DNA from: Bacteroidota bacterium
GTDB taxonomy: Bacteria > Bacteroidota > Bacteroidia > Chitinophagales > Saprospiraceae
Assembly (NCBI GenBank): GCA_038746215.1
Contig: JBCDKV010000001.1
Location: forward strand, 1 to 45,935
Length of the DNA stretch: 45,935 nucleotides
Direction: 5' to 3'
Below, in pieces: positions 36,269 to 45,281 of this stretch. A program made the position numbers and the translations under genes. The notes beneath the pieces were generated by a model, which was not told where the DNA came from, searched no databases, and saw only the letters and a program-made list of their open reading frames with translations. Position 1 is the first letter of the stretch, and each line of letters starts with the position of its first letter.

Positions 36269-36649
36269 TTACCATTTTTGCGCATGGTAGTTGGAGGGCG
36301 TACATCCAAAGTGCTGTTTAAAGCCTCTGCAAAAGTGTGCGGAATTGGCATAACCAATTCGATAAGCAATCTCTTCCACCGAATACTTGTTGGTCTGTAA
36401 CAATCGCACAGCATAATTCATGCGCAGCGTACGGATGAGTTTACCCGCCGAGACTTTGGCTAGCTTATCCAATTTTCGATTGAGTTGAGAAACACTCAGG
36501 TGGACTTTTCGGGCTAAAAATGCTACACTCAATTGCTCGTTTTCTAAGTTTTGCTGCACAATTTCATAGATGCAACGCAAGAAAGGATCGTAATGGGACA
36601 AAGACAGGCTAGCCTGAAGATCAGTAGTGACATAGGTGTGTGTGTTCAT
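36269..36649 (-). CDS. Stand-alone AraC-type HTH protein (126 aa, no sensor domain)
   Basis: VAFLARKVHLSVSQLNRKL ... EIAYRIGYANSAHFCRGFKQHFGCTPS is a complete AraC HTH_18 unit. Confidence 0.8.
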   Translation of the reverse strand: MNTHTYVTTDLQASLSLSHYDPFLRCIYEIVQQNLENEQLSVAFLARKVHLSVSQLNRKLDKLAKVSAGKLIRTLRMNYAVRLLQTNKYSVEEIAYRIGYANSAHFCRGFKQHFGCTPSNYHAQKW

Positions 36650-36953
36650 TTTAGGTTTTATTTTCCGTGTGTAAATTGCAATGTCTTTAACCTTGATTCG
36701 ATTTTCCTCGTCTAAGCAGGTAAAATATTCGACTAATCCAAATCATTAAGAATCAATGCAAATATGGGGTAGAATAATACGAAAAGAGTAGCACAAATCT
36801 TACAAATGTTAGCACATTTATGACTTAGGGCGGTAATATCCCAAATTTTAGGGATGGATTTTTAAAAGGCCTTTGGACAACAAGATGAAAAATGAAATTT
36901 TTTATCTTGTTGTCCAGGAAGAATGTCAAGTGAGCAAATAAACTTGTCACAAT

Positions 36954-37235
36954 GCGAATAACGACTGTACAAATATCATTTTGCTTGACATTTGACTCAG
37001 ATATAGTTCAGGTCAATATCCGCAAATTGAGCAACAAGTATGCTTACTAATTCTCTTCGGACGGAAACACAAATTTAAACTTATTTTTTTGGAGAAAAAT
37101 AAGTTTAAATTTGTGTTTCCGTCCATAAAAAACCTTTTGGCATACTTGTTGCGCGATCTCAAATACTTTACTAAGTTTCAAAATTTTAGTAGAGCTACTA
37201 CTACCACAAAATGGAGTATTTTACCCGTTATTCGC
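36954..37235 (-). repeat. Palindromic MITE-like element, family A, copy 3 (inverted orientation)
   Basis: Reverse-oriented relative to copies 1 and 2. The perfect central hairpin is 37059-37088 / 37095-37124. It ends 20 nt from the XisI gene stop. Confidence 0.85.
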
Positions 37236-37254
37236 ATTATTATTAGATTTTTTG

Positions 37255-37920
37255 CTAGACTGCTATTTGTACTTGATCTGATTCGTAAGGCATTTCCCAA
37301 GCAAAAATAAGGTCTGCTTTTGCTACACCTGCCTCTAGCAGCACGGCTTCTAAAGGGTAGTCTGTGTTATTTTTGTGTATCCAAATCTGATGATCTCTTA
37401 TTTCTAGTCGAAGTAGTAAATCATAGACATAGCGATTGTCGTGCCAACCCGAAGAAAACAAAGTATAATTTTGCTCTTCATCGTCTGTAATGACTTGTTT
37501 TTTGAGTGCAGGAGCATTAATAGACTTAGAACCTGCCATTCTATTCATCAGATTTTCAACTGCTTTTCGATAGTTTTTTTCTTTGACTTCATTTTTTGAA
37601 GTATTAGTTACTGCTACTTGTACCCAAGCCATATGCAAATCATCTGATGCTACACCTGCTTTCAGTAGTTGATCTTCCAGTGGATAGTCTGTATTATTTT
37701 CGAGTATTCGAACGTCCCCATCATTAGTCAATTCGATATGAAACAATAGATCGTGTATGTAATGTTCTTTGTGCCAACCAGCATTGAAGAGTAAAAAATT
37801 GTGCTTTGATTTGTCGACTTGTAGATATTTGCGTAAGCTTGGCTGATTGATCGTTTTAGAAGATGCAGGACGTGCTACTACCTCAGTAATAATTACTTTA
37901 TATTGATCTACTTTTTCCAT
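37255..37920 (-). CDS. xisI: Tandem double XisI-domain protein
   Basis: Two ~110-aa halves each carry the XisI pattern (..FNAGWHKEHYIHDLLFHIELTNDGDVRILENNTDYPLEDQLLKAGVASDDLHMAW and ..FSSGWHDNRYVYDLLLRLEIRDHQIWIHKNNTDYPLEAVLLEAGVAKADLIFAW). Confidence 0.75.
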   Translation of the reverse strand: MEKVDQYKVIITEVVARPASSKTINQPSLRKYLQVDKSKHNFLLFNAGWHKEHYIHDLLFHIELTNDGDVRILENNTDYPLEDQLLKAGVASDDLHMAWVQVAVTNTSKNEVKEKNYRKAVENLMNRMAGSKSINAPALKKQVITDDEEQNYTLFSSGWHDNRYVYDLLLRLEIRDHQIWIHKNNTDYPLEAVLLEAGVAKADLIFAWEMPYESDQVQIAV

Positions 37921-38134
37921 CCTACTATTTCTTTTTGCTTTATATTAACGATAATTAACTTGACTTGGTGCTTCTCTAAACAACGTATTAAAAAAGGAAT
38001 TTCTTTGAGTCGTTCATATTTTTTTTCGGCAATATTCGATAAGGTTAAAAAGACCCTTTGGACAGAAATGATGTTACTTTTGATGAAATAAAAATTAGCA
38101 ATTTGAGAACTAAAGTGTTAGCTATTCTTGCGAT

Positions 38135-38222
38135 TCAGATAAACATGTCAAAAAATAAATGAACACTTATATTTCCATCCATTAAAAAACTTTGGACATG
38201 CTTGTTGACCGATCTAAAAGGC
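38135..38222 (-). repeat. Degenerate half-copy of family A element
   Basis: TTTCCATCCATTAAAAAACTTTGGACATGCTTGTTGACCGATCT parallels TTTCCGTCCATAAAAAACCTTTTGGCATACTTGTTGCGCGATCT of copy 3. Confidence 0.55.
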
Positions 38223-38312
38223 TTGATCAGGAGCTATATCAAGCACTGCTAATCAAAATTTTCCTTACTTTTGAAGCCAGCCTATTAAGAATAGATAGCA
38301 AAAACACAACAC

Positions 38313-38900
38313 ATGTCAAAAATTGCAGGTGTCGACTATGGTTCAAAACTCGCGGGGACGAGTGTGATCTCTTATTTGCAAGGAGAAGAAGTTTGCTTTT
38401 TACAAAGTGCTAAAAAGCAAGATGCTGATGCTTTCCTACTGAATAATATTCGAGTCTTAGGTTTGGATACCATATTTTTGGATGCACCGCTTTCCCTGCC
38501 CGGCGTCTACAGAAATATTGATCCCTACAATGACTTTTTTTACCGGGCTGTAGATCGTTTACTACAAGCCATGTCGCCTATGTTTTTGGGTGGACTGACT
38601 GCACGTGCTATGCGACTGAAACAGCAGTTGGGAGCACAAGAAGTCACGGTCATAGAAACTTATCCTGCTTATTTAGCACGACGCTTTAAGCTCGCTGATT
38701 TCCGCTATAAAAAGCAGCTCGTTCACCTGCCCGCTTGCAGTGAATATCTCATCGAGCAATTGGCACTTCCCTATCGCATCGCGACGATCAACAATTGGCA
38801 TCAAATGGATGCGCTGCTGGCTTTTTACAGTGCTTGGCGATACAGCAAGCAAACACATGAATCTTTTGGTGATGCGGAAGAAGGGCAGGTGATGGTGTAG
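38313..38900 (+). CDS. DUF429-like predicted RNase H-fold nuclease
   Basis: AGVDYGSKLAGTS at the N-terminus, LDAPLSLPG, ETYPA and HQMDALLA follow the DUF429 pattern (GIDg..., iDaPigLp, hPe, D..DAl.A). Confidence 0.5.
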   Translation: MSKIAGVDYGSKLAGTSVISYLQGEEVCFLQSAKKQDADAFLLNNIRVLGLDTIFLDAPLSLPGVYRNIDPYNDFFYRAVDRLLQAMSPMFLGGLTARAMRLKQQLGAQEVTVIETYPAYLARRFKLADFRYKKQLVHLPACSEYLIEQLALPYRIATINNWHQMDALLAFYSAWRYSKQTHESFGDAEEGQVMV

Positions 38901-38910
38901 TGGTAGGTTC

Positions 38911-38943
38911 AATAAAATGCTGGTTATGAGGCAGGAAAATCCC
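38911..38943 (-). repeat. Fragment of family B element
   Basis: AATAAAATGCTGGTTATGAGGCAGGAAAATCCC parallels CGTAAAATGTTGGTTATCAGGCAGGAAAAATCC at 42907-42939. Confidence 0.5.
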
Positions 38944-39183
38944 AGCAGGTTTTCAAGTTAGATTACTGGATATCAGGGTGAAACAAACCACTAAGGCTCA
39001 TAGCTTTAAAGTTCAAGCGCAAGTGTCAAGTACAAGTTCAAATGCATGCGACCTGCAAAATCCATTCTATCTTGTTGAATACGTGTCCCAGAAACGAGAC
39101 TGAAATGCTTGTAGGGTCGGTACACTTTGTACCTGCACCTCAAAAATATCCAGTAGTGTACGCTGAAGTAGATATCAGAAATT

Positions 39184-39480
39184 CGCGCAACAAGTATACT
39201 CAGTAAGTCTATTCGGACAGAAATGAAAATTAGGCGTGTACGAAGTTTTTAGCAATGCTCAAAATAAGCCTTGATCAATCCCTTGAGATCGCGCAACAAG
39301 TATGCCTAAAGGTTTTTTATGGACGGAAGCACAAAATTTCACTATATTTTCTCTAAAAAATAGTGAAATTTTGTGCTTCCGTCCGAAGAGATTTACCAAG
39401 CATACTTGTTGCGCGATTTTCTAGTATTGACTCAGGCTCTTTTTGAGTAAAATGTTAAGCAAAATAGGACTTCGTACACC
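39184..39480 (+). repeat. Family A element, copy 4 (divergent variant with different outer arms and an extra half-core)
   Basis: The core GATCGCGCAACAAGTATGCC..GGACGGAAGCACAAAATTTCACTAT / ATAGTGAAATTTTGTGCTTCCGTCC..GCATACTTGTTGCGCGAT is conserved in architecture. The outer inverted repeat is GTGTACGAAGT (39236-39246) / ACTTCGTACAC (39469-39479). Confidence 0.75.
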
Positions 39481-39609
39481 CTTAAATAAAAATTAGCAAT
39501 TTGGGACTAAAGTGTCGACTACTTTTTATTCCAAAGCAATCATATCTATTTCAACAAATTTGCTGATGCACTTGATGTCATCCTCCAATTCAAACAACAT
39601 CTATATCAT

Positions 39610-40323
39610 ATGAAAATTTATCTTACGCTTCTGCTCTTGCTGGTTGGTTCTACTGCTCTTCCTGCGCAGACATTTAGTGCAGCACAGCTGTTGGAAAAAA
39701 GCATTGAGTATCACGATCCTGAACAAAAATGGTTGACTTGGCAAGCAGCGTTTACGCTAGAGTTAGAAATGCCGACGCGACCCAATCGACGTTCTCACCT
39801 CCAAATCGACAATAAAAATGGTAACTTTAAACTAATCGTAGAACGCGATAGTCACCAAATCAAACGCAGCGTCAAACAAGGACAATGCCTAAACCTGCTG
39901 GACAATAAAATACCCAAAGACACTGCGCTGGTCAAAAAATACCAACTGAATTGTGAGCGGACGTATATGTACCGAGACTACTACGCTTACTTGTACGGAT
40001 TGCCTATGAAACTAAAAGACCAAGGAACGATTTTGCACGAAACAGCAGCAGAAGTAAGCTTCAAGGGCAACACCTATTGGAAAATAAAAGTAACTTACGA
40101 AGCAGCGGTGGGCGATGATATTTGGTATTTCTACCTAGACAAAGACAACTATGCCTTGAAAGCTTATCAATTTTACCACGACGAATCAAAAAACGACGGA
40201 GAGTACATTTTACTAGCAAGCGAACAAATGATAGATGGCATCAAAGTACCCAAGGATCGAACGTGGTACTATAACGCAGATGATAAGTTGCTCGGAACGG
40301 ATTTTTTGGTAGAGCAGCAATGA
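39610..40323 (+). CDS. Secreted protein of unknown function (possibly DUF6503/LolA-like)
   Basis: Signal peptide MKIYLTLLLLLVGSTALPAQ. The beginning AAQLLEKSIEYHDPEQKW resembles DUF6503 proteins. No catalytic motif was recognised. Confidence 0.4.
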   Translation: MKIYLTLLLLLVGSTALPAQTFSAAQLLEKSIEYHDPEQKWLTWQAAFTLELEMPTRPNRRSHLQIDNKNGNFKLIVERDSHQIKRSVKQGQCLNLLDNKIPKDTALVKKYQLNCERTYMYRDYYAYLYGLPMKLKDQGTILHETAAEVSFKGNTYWKIKVTYEAAVGDDIWYFYLDKDNYALKAYQFYHDESKNDGEYILLASEQMIDGIKVPKDRTWYYNADDKLLGTDFLVEQQ

Positions 40324-40395
40324 CAAGAAAACCTTAACTGCTTAAGCATAATCTTTATCTGTTGATAATATGAATGAACGATTGTACAAAGCTCT

Positions 40396-40613
40396 GAGCA
40401 ATACTTGTTGCGCGATTTTTTTGCATTGACTCAGGCTGTTTTCAAAAGATAGTGTCAAGCAAGCGAATAAACTTGTCAAAATAATTAAGCATTTGTGTTT
40501 CCGTCCATAAAAATCTTGGGCATACTTGTTAGGCAGTCTCAGGCACTCTACTGAATTTCAAAATTTCAGCGAAGCTTTGCTACATAGAATGGCGCATTTT
40601 AACCCTTATTCGT
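40396..40613 (-). repeat. Family A element, copy 5 (partial, lacks one arm of the central hairpin)
   Basis: GAGCAATACTTGTTGCGCGAT...ATTTGTGTTTCCGTCCATAAAAATCTTGGGCATACTTGTT...CCCTTATTCG is collinear with copy 3 but has an internal deletion. Confidence 0.65.
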
Positions 40614-40713
40614 GTTGGTAACAATTTAGCAATTATTCAATTTGACAATTCGACAGATCAATTGTCACTCAGAATCTTCATTTGATGTCCTCTTTCTGAC
40701 CATAACACAAACT

Positions 40714-42141
40714 ATGAACTACTTAAAAATTTACGGTCTGATATTAGCCTTGATGAACAGCTACGCTATTTCTGCGCAAGGACTCCTGATCGACGATGCT
40801 CGCTACAACCAACTAAAAGTACAGTCGCAATACAACGACGGTAGCAAATCCGAATTTAAGGCGCTAGACGGGGTACGCAAGCACAGTTTAAAAGCCTATT
40901 GTCCAGCGGTACAAGATCAGGGCGAACTAGCCAGTTGTGTGGGTTGGTCGGTGGGCTACGCTGCCTTATCTATCCAGTACGCTATCCATAACGATTGGCG
41001 TGGACAAACCGATTTAATTACGAACCATGCCTTTTCTGCGCATTATATTTTCAATCAAATTAAGACGGGCGATTGCCATAGCGGAGCATACATGGATGCG
41101 GCACTGATGCTACTACAATGCCAAGGTAACTTAACTTCCAAGGAGTTCGATACCAATACAGCAGATTGCAACAGATTACCGACCCTAACGGAAACGCAGC
41201 GGGCAGTACCGAATGCTATTGTCGATTTCATGGCATTGTTCAGGGAAGAGGCGAGCGACGCGACCAAAATCAATAAGGTGAAATTGAGTTTGTTGGCAAA
41301 TAAGGCCGTCATTTTTGGGTGGCTAGCACCACCTTCTTTTTGGTCGGACAGCATGAAAGGAAGCGATACTTGGCAACCAGAATTAGGAGAACAAGACACG
41401 CTAGGACATGCGATGACGGTAATTGGTTTCGATGATGCAAAAGGCGCATTTGAGGTGATGAATAGTTGGGGAACAGACTGGGGAAATGAGGGCTACGTGT
41501 GGATTGGATACGAAGACTTTGCGGCGCGTTGTAAGTATGCTTTTCAGATGGGAATAGATGAAAATAAAAAGCGAGCAAAAATTTACACGGCTAAATTTAA
41601 TTTACGACGTTTCGTTGATCTCACTGCTACGGGCGAACCGATCTTTGAAGCAGTAAATTTGAAGTGGAACAAAAAAGCAAAACACTATCGCATCAATCGT
41701 AGAGCCGCTAGTATTGAGCGTGGACAAGTCTTTCAATTGTTGGTTTCGCAAGTGAACAAAGGGGCTTATCTCTATGCTTTTGGAATAGAATCTGACCACG
41801 AAATCAAAGCCTATTTTCCATTGGGCAATGAAAGCGCAAAGATCACCGTACCAGAAATAGAACTATTCATGCCCAGCCCCAATTCGGGTTTACAATTTAA
41901 TAAAAGTGGCACAGAGTATATCGTATTGCTACTCACTTCCAAACCAATTACGGACTACGACGCTCGCCTACAAGGTCTACAAGCATCCAATGCGCTTCCA
42001 CTAAATCGTATTTACGAAGTATTTGGAAAGGAGGTCATACCTTTTTCGGATATTCACTATTTGAATCGCTCCATGCAAGTCGAAAATGAATTGACCGGTG
42101 GTTATATTATTCCACTTGTTTTAGCCCTCGAAGTAGAATGA
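40714..42141 (+). CDS. Papain-like C1-family cysteine peptidase with C-terminal DUF4384-like domain
   Basis: Catalytic blocks QGELASCVGWS (Cys), LGHAMTVIGFDD (His) and NSWGTDWGNEGYVWI (Asn/Trp). Signal peptide MNYLKIYGLILALMNSYAISAQ from ATG 40714. The track start 40642 is less plausible. Confidence 0.8.
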   Translation: MNYLKIYGLILALMNSYAISAQGLLIDDARYNQLKVQSQYNDGSKSEFKALDGVRKHSLKAYCPAVQDQGELASCVGWSVGYAALSIQYAIHNDWRGQTDLITNHAFSAHYIFNQIKTGDCHSGAYMDAALMLLQCQGNLTSKEFDTNTADCNRLPTLTETQRAVPNAIVDFMALFREEASDATKINKVKLSLLANKAVIFGWLAPPSFWSDSMKGSDTWQPELGEQDTLGHAMTVIGFDDAKGAFEVMNSWGTDWGNEGYVWIGYEDFAARCKYAFQMGIDENKKRAKIYTAKFNLRRFVDLTATGEPIFEAVNLKWNKKAKHYRINRRAASIERGQVFQLLVSQVNKGAYLYAFGIESDHEIKAYFPLGNESAKITVPEIELFMPSPNSGLQFNKSGTEYIVLLLTSKPITDYDARLQGLQASNALPLNRIYEVFGKEVIPFSDIHYLNRSMQVENELTGGYIIPLVLALEVE

Positions 42142-42416
42142 AATGGGATTTGATGCACCATTTATTTCACATTAATTTTTCCCTAACAAAGCACCTCTTA
42201 TTTTTAGCAGCATTTTCAATCATATTTTGATAGTTTTTTTGTGGTTATATTTACCTGTTAAAACATTGATAATAAGTGATTTGAAATATTTATTTTATGA
42301 TTATTTTTGTGGTAATTTTCAAGCCTTGTCCTTGGCAGAAATGAGCTATTTATTTCATATTTGTAGCGTCAAATGAAAATATAAGTAACAGTCGAAAAAT
42401 ACGAAACCTGAAAGTT

Positions 42417-42758
42417 ATGTCGAGTGAAAAAAAATGGCTAAGACGCTTGCACAACATCCTTAAAAATCACTTAGCTGATGTAGGATTTGATAACCAACAA
42501 TTGGCGAGAGAATTTGAATTGAGTGAAAGACATTTGTCCAGAAAAGTAAAGCAACTTACTGGCTTGTCTCCCCAAAAATACTTGAGACAATATCGCCTAA
42601 ATTCAGCTTTGGACTATCTAAGAAATGGAACGTACACGAGCGTCAAAGAAACATCCTTAGCCATTGGTTATGTCAATACCAGCTACTTTATCAAACAGTT
42701 TGAAAAAGAATTTGGACAAAAACCTCTAAATGTGCTGAAAGAATTTGGATGGAGGTGA
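42417..42758 (+). CDS. Stand-alone AraC-type HTH protein (113 aa)
   Basis: QQLAREFELSERHLSRKVKQLTGLSPQKYL ... LAIGYVNTSYFIKQFEKEFGQKP is an AraC HTH_18 unit only. Confidence 0.8.
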   Translation: MSSEKKWLRRLHNILKNHLADVGFDNQQLAREFELSERHLSRKVKQLTGLSPQKYLRQYRLNSALDYLRNGTYTSVKETSLAIGYVNTSYFIKQFEKEFGQKPLNVLKEFGWR

Positions 42759-42792
42759 GCAGGATTAGGACAATTGATTAATCTTGCGTCTA

Positions 42793-42953
42793 TTAAGAGC
42801 TTGTTTGGAATTTTTACAAACTGATAATCAGTAGTTTGCGATTCTGGCAAGTTGAAAAATTAGTTGCATATCTGGATACGGAACTCTTTTTTCACGCAGT
42901 CAAGTTCGTAAAATGTTGGTTATCAGGCAGGAAAAATCCAAATAAGCTCTTAA
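42793..42953 (-). repeat. Palindromic MITE-like element, family B, copy 2 (inverted relative to copy 1)
   Basis: The reverse complement aligns with 311-473. Termini TTAAGAGCTTGTTTGGA / TCCAAATAAGCTCTTAA. Confidence 0.75.
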
Positions 42954-43040
42954 CCTTTAGTCCATAATATCTACCCTGAGTACTACTTACTTGCTCGAAG
43001 ATCATAAGCTAAGTAGTAAGTACTCAATACGTCTAACTTT

Positions 43041-43177
43041 TTGTCAGAATCAGGATTCACAGGATGAGCGGATTCACGGGATTTCCCCAAACAAGACGCA
43101 TAGTATCTCATTTGGAAGGCTACGTGCTTAGTAATCCTGGAAATCAATAAATTCTGAAAATCCTGATTTCTGACAGA
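43041..43177. repeat. Small palindromic element, family C (single copy in window)
   Basis: Terminal inverted repeat TGTCAGAATCAGGATT (43042-43057) / AATCCTGATTTCTGACA (about 43159-43175). Internal direct repeat GGATTCACAGGAT..GGATTCACGGGAT. Confidence 0.55.
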
Positions 43178-43390
43178 TTTTTTACTTATATTAATTGATG
43201 TTATATTGCTGAAATTCAGCTATTTATGATGTAGTCTATCACCAAGTACTAAAGCTAAACTACTAATCCAAACAGTATTTGCTAACAAATAGGTAAAAGT
43301 ATTACAGGAAAAGAAAACAGAGAATTGTCAAGGAGATGGTCGTAAGCAAACCGTATAGCTACTCAGCCAAATCAACGGAAACTACTACAC

Positions 43391-45214
43391 ATGAGACACT
43401 ACTTGATCAATACTGTAATATACAGTTGCTTAACACTTATGTCATTACCTTTGGTAGCGACCGCACAACAACCGCCTGACGAAGCACATCTAACGGAAGC
43501 TTTCGAGCAGGGAATGGAGTTGCTGAGGGCGTTCAGAAATGACGAAGCCAATGTTATTTTTAGTAATATTTTAGATGAATTGAGTGAATCCAAGGCACTA
43601 CAAACGCCTTTTGCACTCAAGGTTCGACTTCGACAAGCAGAAGTACTCGAAAAAGACCATCAGGACGAATTAGCTATTGAGCGATTGTTGGAAGTCATAG
43701 AAAAGGGTCGTTTGATAGCAGCTTGGGAAACTTTAACACACGCTTACCTTTCTTTAGCCAGATTACACGAGAAATTGGAACGGGACGAAGCCTGTCTGCG
43801 CTACCTTCGTTTAGCTCAGTCTATCGTCGACACACACCAATTGGAACAAGTCTATCCCCGTCTGTGTATTCGTTTGGCTTCTTACCACCGCATTTTCCAT
43901 TCCATGGATTCTGCTGCTTACTACACCAGCGAAGTACTTAGAACTGCTGCTGCTTTGGGGCAGTATGAACACGAAGCCACTGGGCATATGCTGATGGGTT
44001 TGATGCACAGAAAAACAGATTTCAAAAAAGCCACCGAGCATTTCACAAAAGCCTATACCTTCTGGAGAAAAGTCGGGGATTACAGTGGTGCTGAATTTAT
44101 GATGTCCAACTTAGCCAAATTGCATCTAGCCAATGACTACCCATCCTTAGCGATGAATTATGTGGATTCGGCATTGGTGCTGACCAAACTTGCCTACAGC
44201 GCAGGTATGGACGAGCCGCATCGTCTTTATCGAAACGACAAAATGCGTTCGGATGCTTTTGCTGCCCTTGGACAAGCAGATTCTGCTTTGTTTTACGCCA
44301 ACAGAAGTTATGCCGCTGAATTAAACGATCTCAAAGCAAGCAATTACGAGCGAATTGTAGCGGTGGAAGAACATTATTTGGATGAGCAGAAAGAGCAAAA
44401 AATCGAAGAGCAAGCTAGATTAATTGAAAGCGAGCAAAATAGGAAGAATCGGCTGCTAGCCTTAGTAATTATTACAATCATTTTCACTACAGTGCTGTGC
44501 TACTACTACCTAAGGCTCAGAAAAGTCAACCAACTTAATCAACAGCAAGCCCTAGCCATCAATAAGGTAAATCAAGAGCTTTCCATTTCGCTCAAACATC
44601 AAATGGATTTGCAAGGCGAAGTGCATCATCGCGTCAAAAATAATCTCCAAACGATTATCAGTTTGCTGGAATTGCAAAGCGAGGATATTGAAGATGAGAA
44701 AGCACTGAAAAGTTTGGAAGCTATGTCGAATCGTATCTACAGCATAGCCGCCATTCACGAAATGCTCCACCAAAAAGAAGGGACTAGACTCGTCAATTTA
44801 CTGGACTATACCCAAAGCCTATGTCAACACTTTAGCAATCTTGCTGTCCGACAAAACCAACCCGCTTTTCAGATTGATATCGACAATCGTTACTTCAACT
44901 TAGAGACTTTGATGCCCATCGGTGTTATACTCAACGAACTTTTGACCAATAGTTTGAAGTACGCGAATCATTTGGGAAAGCAACTCCAAATTGATATTAG
45001 TCTGCAAAAGCAAGCAGATGGTTATCAATTCACTTACAGGGACAACGGGCCAGGATTTCCGCAAGGACAACTAGAAGAAAGAGAAGGTGGGCTGGGTACT
45101 TATCTGCTGAAAAGTATGAGCCGCCAATTGAACGGACAACTCATCAGCAAAAACGACGGCGGTGCGGTTTACGAAATCTTCTTTAAAGAAAAAAACGCTG
45201 CCGTTTTGGCTTAG
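43391..45214 (+). CDS. TPR-sensor histidine kinase (HisKA_2/HWE-like + HATPase_c)
   Basis: Signal peptide, TPR-like region, one TM helix (LLALVIITIIFTTVLCYYYL), H-box EVHHRVKNNLQTIISLL (HisKA_2 type), ATPase motifs ELLTNSLKYA and DNGPGFP..GLGTYLL. Confidence 0.85.
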   Translation: MRHYLINTVIYSCLTLMSLPLVATAQQPPDEAHLTEAFEQGMELLRAFRNDEANVIFSNILDELSESKALQTPFALKVRLRQAEVLEKDHQDELAIERLLEVIEKGRLIAAWETLTHAYLSLARLHEKLERDEACLRYLRLAQSIVDTHQLEQVYPRLCIRLASYHRIFHSMDSAAYYTSEVLRTAAALGQYEHEATGHMLMGLMHRKTDFKKATEHFTKAYTFWRKVGDYSGAEFMMSNLAKLHLANDYPSLAMNYVDSALVLTKLAYSAGMDEPHRLYRNDKMRSDAFAALGQADSALFYANRSYAAELNDLKASNYERIVAVEEHYLDEQKEQKIEEQARLIESEQNRKNRLLALVIITIIFTTVLCYYYLRLRKVNQLNQQQALAINKVNQELSISLKHQMDLQGEVHHRVKNNLQTIISLLELQSEDIEDEKALKSLEAMSNRIYSIAAIHEMLHQKEGTRLVNLLDYTQSLCQHFSNLAVRQNQPAFQIDIDNRYFNLETLMPIGVILNELLTNSLKYANHLGKQLQIDISLQKQADGYQFTYRDNGPGFPQGQLEEREGGLGTYLLKSMSRQLNGQLISKNDGGAVYEIFFKEKNAAVLA

Positions 45215-45281
45215 TCCACTGTCAATGATCACCCAAATTACTAAAACAACACACATTTTTAGACAACACAAGGGAAACACT

